NCBI GenBank assembly: GCA_964106645.2
Contig: OZ067044.1
Source: Podarcis pityusensis
Taxonomy: Eukaryota
Strand: one strand, 5' to 3'
Length of the DNA stretch: 64,000 nucleotides
In this document: positions 61,126 to 64,000 of the stretch, piece by piece
Layout of the letters: each line of letters starts with the position of its first letter
How positions within the stretch are numbered: position 1 is the stretch's first letter
Made by a program: the position numbers and the translations under genes
Notes under the pieces: generated by a model
The model's database searches: none
The model's input: only the letters and a program-made list of their open reading frames with translations
What the model was told of the DNA's origin: nothing

Positions 61126-64000
61126 AACCTGGAAATGGAGTGTGTTTATTACAGGGGAGTGGACAATGGACAATGGTTGGTGACTCCTTGGGGAATGAGC
61201 CTTCCTTCCTTCCGGAGAGGGAGGCATTTTAGAAACTTATAATAACATTACCATAAAAGCTTTCCCCCCAAACTAAAGATGGTGGGGGTAATAACAGCCA
61301 ACCCCTGGCCCCTGGCACATGGAACTGTCTTCCACTCACACAATACAATGTTAGGATTCAAGCTGTAAACTTTAAAATAAAGCTCAAAACCTCAAACAAA
61401 TTACTAATACTTTTTAATTGCTTGCCATCATATTTCATTCCACAGTGCACCATGGTAAACAATCTCATTTTGGTGGGAGAGATGTTTTTATTTTACAATG
61501 GTAGCTGGGACAAGGCTCTGATCCTAATGCACTAGCACAGGCAGGTAAATGGTGTTTACCAGGTTGCTTGCTGCCTACCCCACTTATGACACAATAGTGC
61601 TGCACTGGTGCCTATACTGTGTGATAATGAATGATAAAGTAGGCAGGCACAGATTAATCTGGCTCATTGTTGGTGGTGATGACTGGCTGACTGTTGATTG
61701 GTCATTTACTATAGTCCCCTTCACTGCCCAATTACAACAGCTTTGTTCTACTGTCTCTTTCATCTAGAGTTGGACTGCTAGGAGAAGAGAGGTAGTGCAA
61801 AATCAGGCTCCATGGGAAACTGAAGGAGTGACAGACTGACCTGAGTTGTCTCCTTGACAAGAGTGGAATAGATGGAAAAATTACTTGGAGAGAACATGGA
61901 ACTATCAAACGAATCTTAGAGGAAGGTTAAATTTGGTGTTTAGTTTGGTGTCTGGGCATTGCACTCATTTTGTGATCTTGTGGGTGCAACTTGTGCCTTA
62001 GGTCTCAAAGGCTTGCTCTTGGAAGTATGAAAAATGGGTTTGCCTGGCAACTAAAAGGTAACAAAGCAAGAACCATGCGAACTTTTTGGGAGATGATGTT
62101 CCACAGATGGAGTTCCACAACCTACAAGAGCCAATGGAAGGTGTGGTTGGAGTGGTGGGAGGATTTATGGTGGGAGAACTTGTAGAATCTCCCACTTTTG
62201 ATTCTCTTCTGCATGCTTATGCTTATTATATATATGAATGCTAGGAGAAAGAGGGAAATTATCACTATTCTAAGCTTTATTCTATACTCATAGTATAAGT
62301 AAAGTGTGATATTTGTGGGAAAATCAATATTTTGAATTTTAAAAATTAGATCCACTAGTTTCTGTGGTTGGCTTAGAGTGACATGTAAACAGGTTAACAT
62401 TTCAATCTTAATAATTACTTCATGGTTGAAAGCATTCATGAACATTATTCCTTAGCACAGGGAAAAAATAGTTATGCATCAGTCATCAGTGTTTCAAATG
62501 CTTTTTATCCCAAAGGTCAGACAAGCTTTTGTTTAAGTCTATCTTTGACAAAGCATTACTGTGTTTCTATTCTATGGTACCACAGGACATTGATGCAGGT
62601 TAAAATGATGTTCTCAGCAATAATCATCTCCTTGATCTTCCTTTTCTCAATTTATGCAAGTCTTTGACAATTGTGATAAAACAGGCTAGGGAAGGGAGTA
62701 TGGTTGGAGTGACGAAAGCCTCAGACTACACTCCAGGTGAACAGGTGGATTGCTAGCACTGCATCTGTTTTTCAGTTGCATATGTTTACATAAATAGCCA
62801 AATTTAACAAATGAGTCCTGTTATGAACCTTGTAGTCTGATACAGAAATTCAAGCAAATATTTAAAGAGCTTAGTCTCCATTTGTACAATAATGTTAAGC
62901 ATTTGAGAATATATTCCATATATTAAACATTTGATGCTAAATCCCACTAAGGCTAATATCATTGAATCAGAGTGGATGCAGCACCGTGCTTTCTGCCTAA
63001 TCTTGCTGATGCAGATAAGCTTTTTCTTGAGACGTGTACCGTCGCTGAGTAAAGACCACTTTTAAGCAGTTCTTGTAGAATAGACCTTTTGTTCTTAAAT
63101 TATACTTTTAAGCGGGGTTAAATGATGCCCCATTTATATTTCCAATTTGTGGCATCCACATGTGGCCAGGCACTAGGGTCACCAGACACAGTGTACATTT
63201 CCAAAGTTAAACCTCATAAATCTCCAGAAATTCCTCACATCTATTATGTTTACCTTCTGCTGCTGATGAGCCTGTTAGGCTCTGTACTGAGGAAATTACA
63301 AGCACTCCAGAAGATTTGGCAAGAAGAAGCTAGGAGAAACAATGAGCAAAGGAGGGGGGAAAACTTAACTGAAGCAATCACATCCAGTGTTGGCTACCAT
63401 TTACTTCTCTGAGACTGCAGCTATTAAAATGGATATTCCCCTTAAACGGGATTGTTTCCTATCTGGTTAGTGCTGGCAATGCCAAAACTTAATACAAAAA
63501 TTAATGTAAACTCTTAATACAATTTAAGGAATTCGGTTCAAATTTCATTTGAATACTTTACTATTTTTCAAATGAAGAGATACTTTTGTATAGAAAAATT
63601 ACCATCTTTGGTCTTATTCTTTATCAATCTATATTACAAAAAATCTTCCTTTCCTTAATAGATGTTTGGAGACTGATGCAACAGTGGTTAACTAGAAAGA
63701 AAGGGCCAACAGAAATATTTTATAGCCACTGGAAATTTGCTTATAAGCTAATGCCAAGAGAAAAAGGCATATTTTCTAGAAAAGTTGTATATAATGATTG
63801 AAAAAACACACATACTCGGTACTTAAAAAAATAAAATAAAAATCCCCTCCTTAATCTATTGAAAAAGCTAAAGCCAAAGAAAAGTAGAATTGTGCTTGTC
63901 TTGGAAAGAAGTTTAATTTGGATGTTTAAAAATTGTTGCATATAATCATTGCTAACTATATAGTGTTATATTTCATAACAAAAGCCTTGACTAATAAATC

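Larger units (their letters stand above)
1..64000 (-). other. ZFHX4: Intronic span of ZFHX4; neighbouring recognisable exons lie outside the window or are masked
   Basis: Inferred from the single internal exon. No zinc-finger or homeodomain exon, promoter or 3' end recognised in unmasked sequence. Confidence 0.75.

Noticed and set aside
1-64000. CRISPR arrays, operons, endogenous viral genes, rRNA, snoRNA or miRNA genes
   Set aside because: No regularly spaced repeat-spacer array, viral ORF or recognisable structured RNA gene in unmasked sequence; the masked 1,720 nt cannot be assessed.

Overview
Vertebrate, almost entirely intronic DNA from a squamate reptile, most likely a lacertid lizard, judging by the Sauria/POM-type SINEs, BovB, young L2, CR1 and squamate MITEs. 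I can support only one host coding exon: 11240-11362 on the minus strand, 123 nt, phase 1/1, EEQVEDAEGSAKSSSVSVADDKDTCEKERNNSEGKKASKDS. From recalled protein sequence it matches an internal linker exon of ZFHX4, so the whole window probably lies in two or three ZFHX4 introns. The rest alternates between transposon-rich stretches and AT-rich, transposon-poor stretches that look like conserved non-coding (enhancer-type) DNA. Eight N-runs (1,720 nt in total) all have lengths divisible by 4 and sit in the transposon-poor stretches. They look like computational masking of highly conserved elements rather than assembly gaps, so the most constrained sequence is probably hidden. I found no convincing novel multi-gene system. 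The best leads are the masked-element map, a TSD-flanked Bov-A-like three-part BovB derivative, a possible exon hidden in a mask, motif-dense putative enhancers, candidate in-frame micro-exons and a degenerate Penelope hammerhead-like relic. All family assignments come from recalled consensus sequences, not from database searches.
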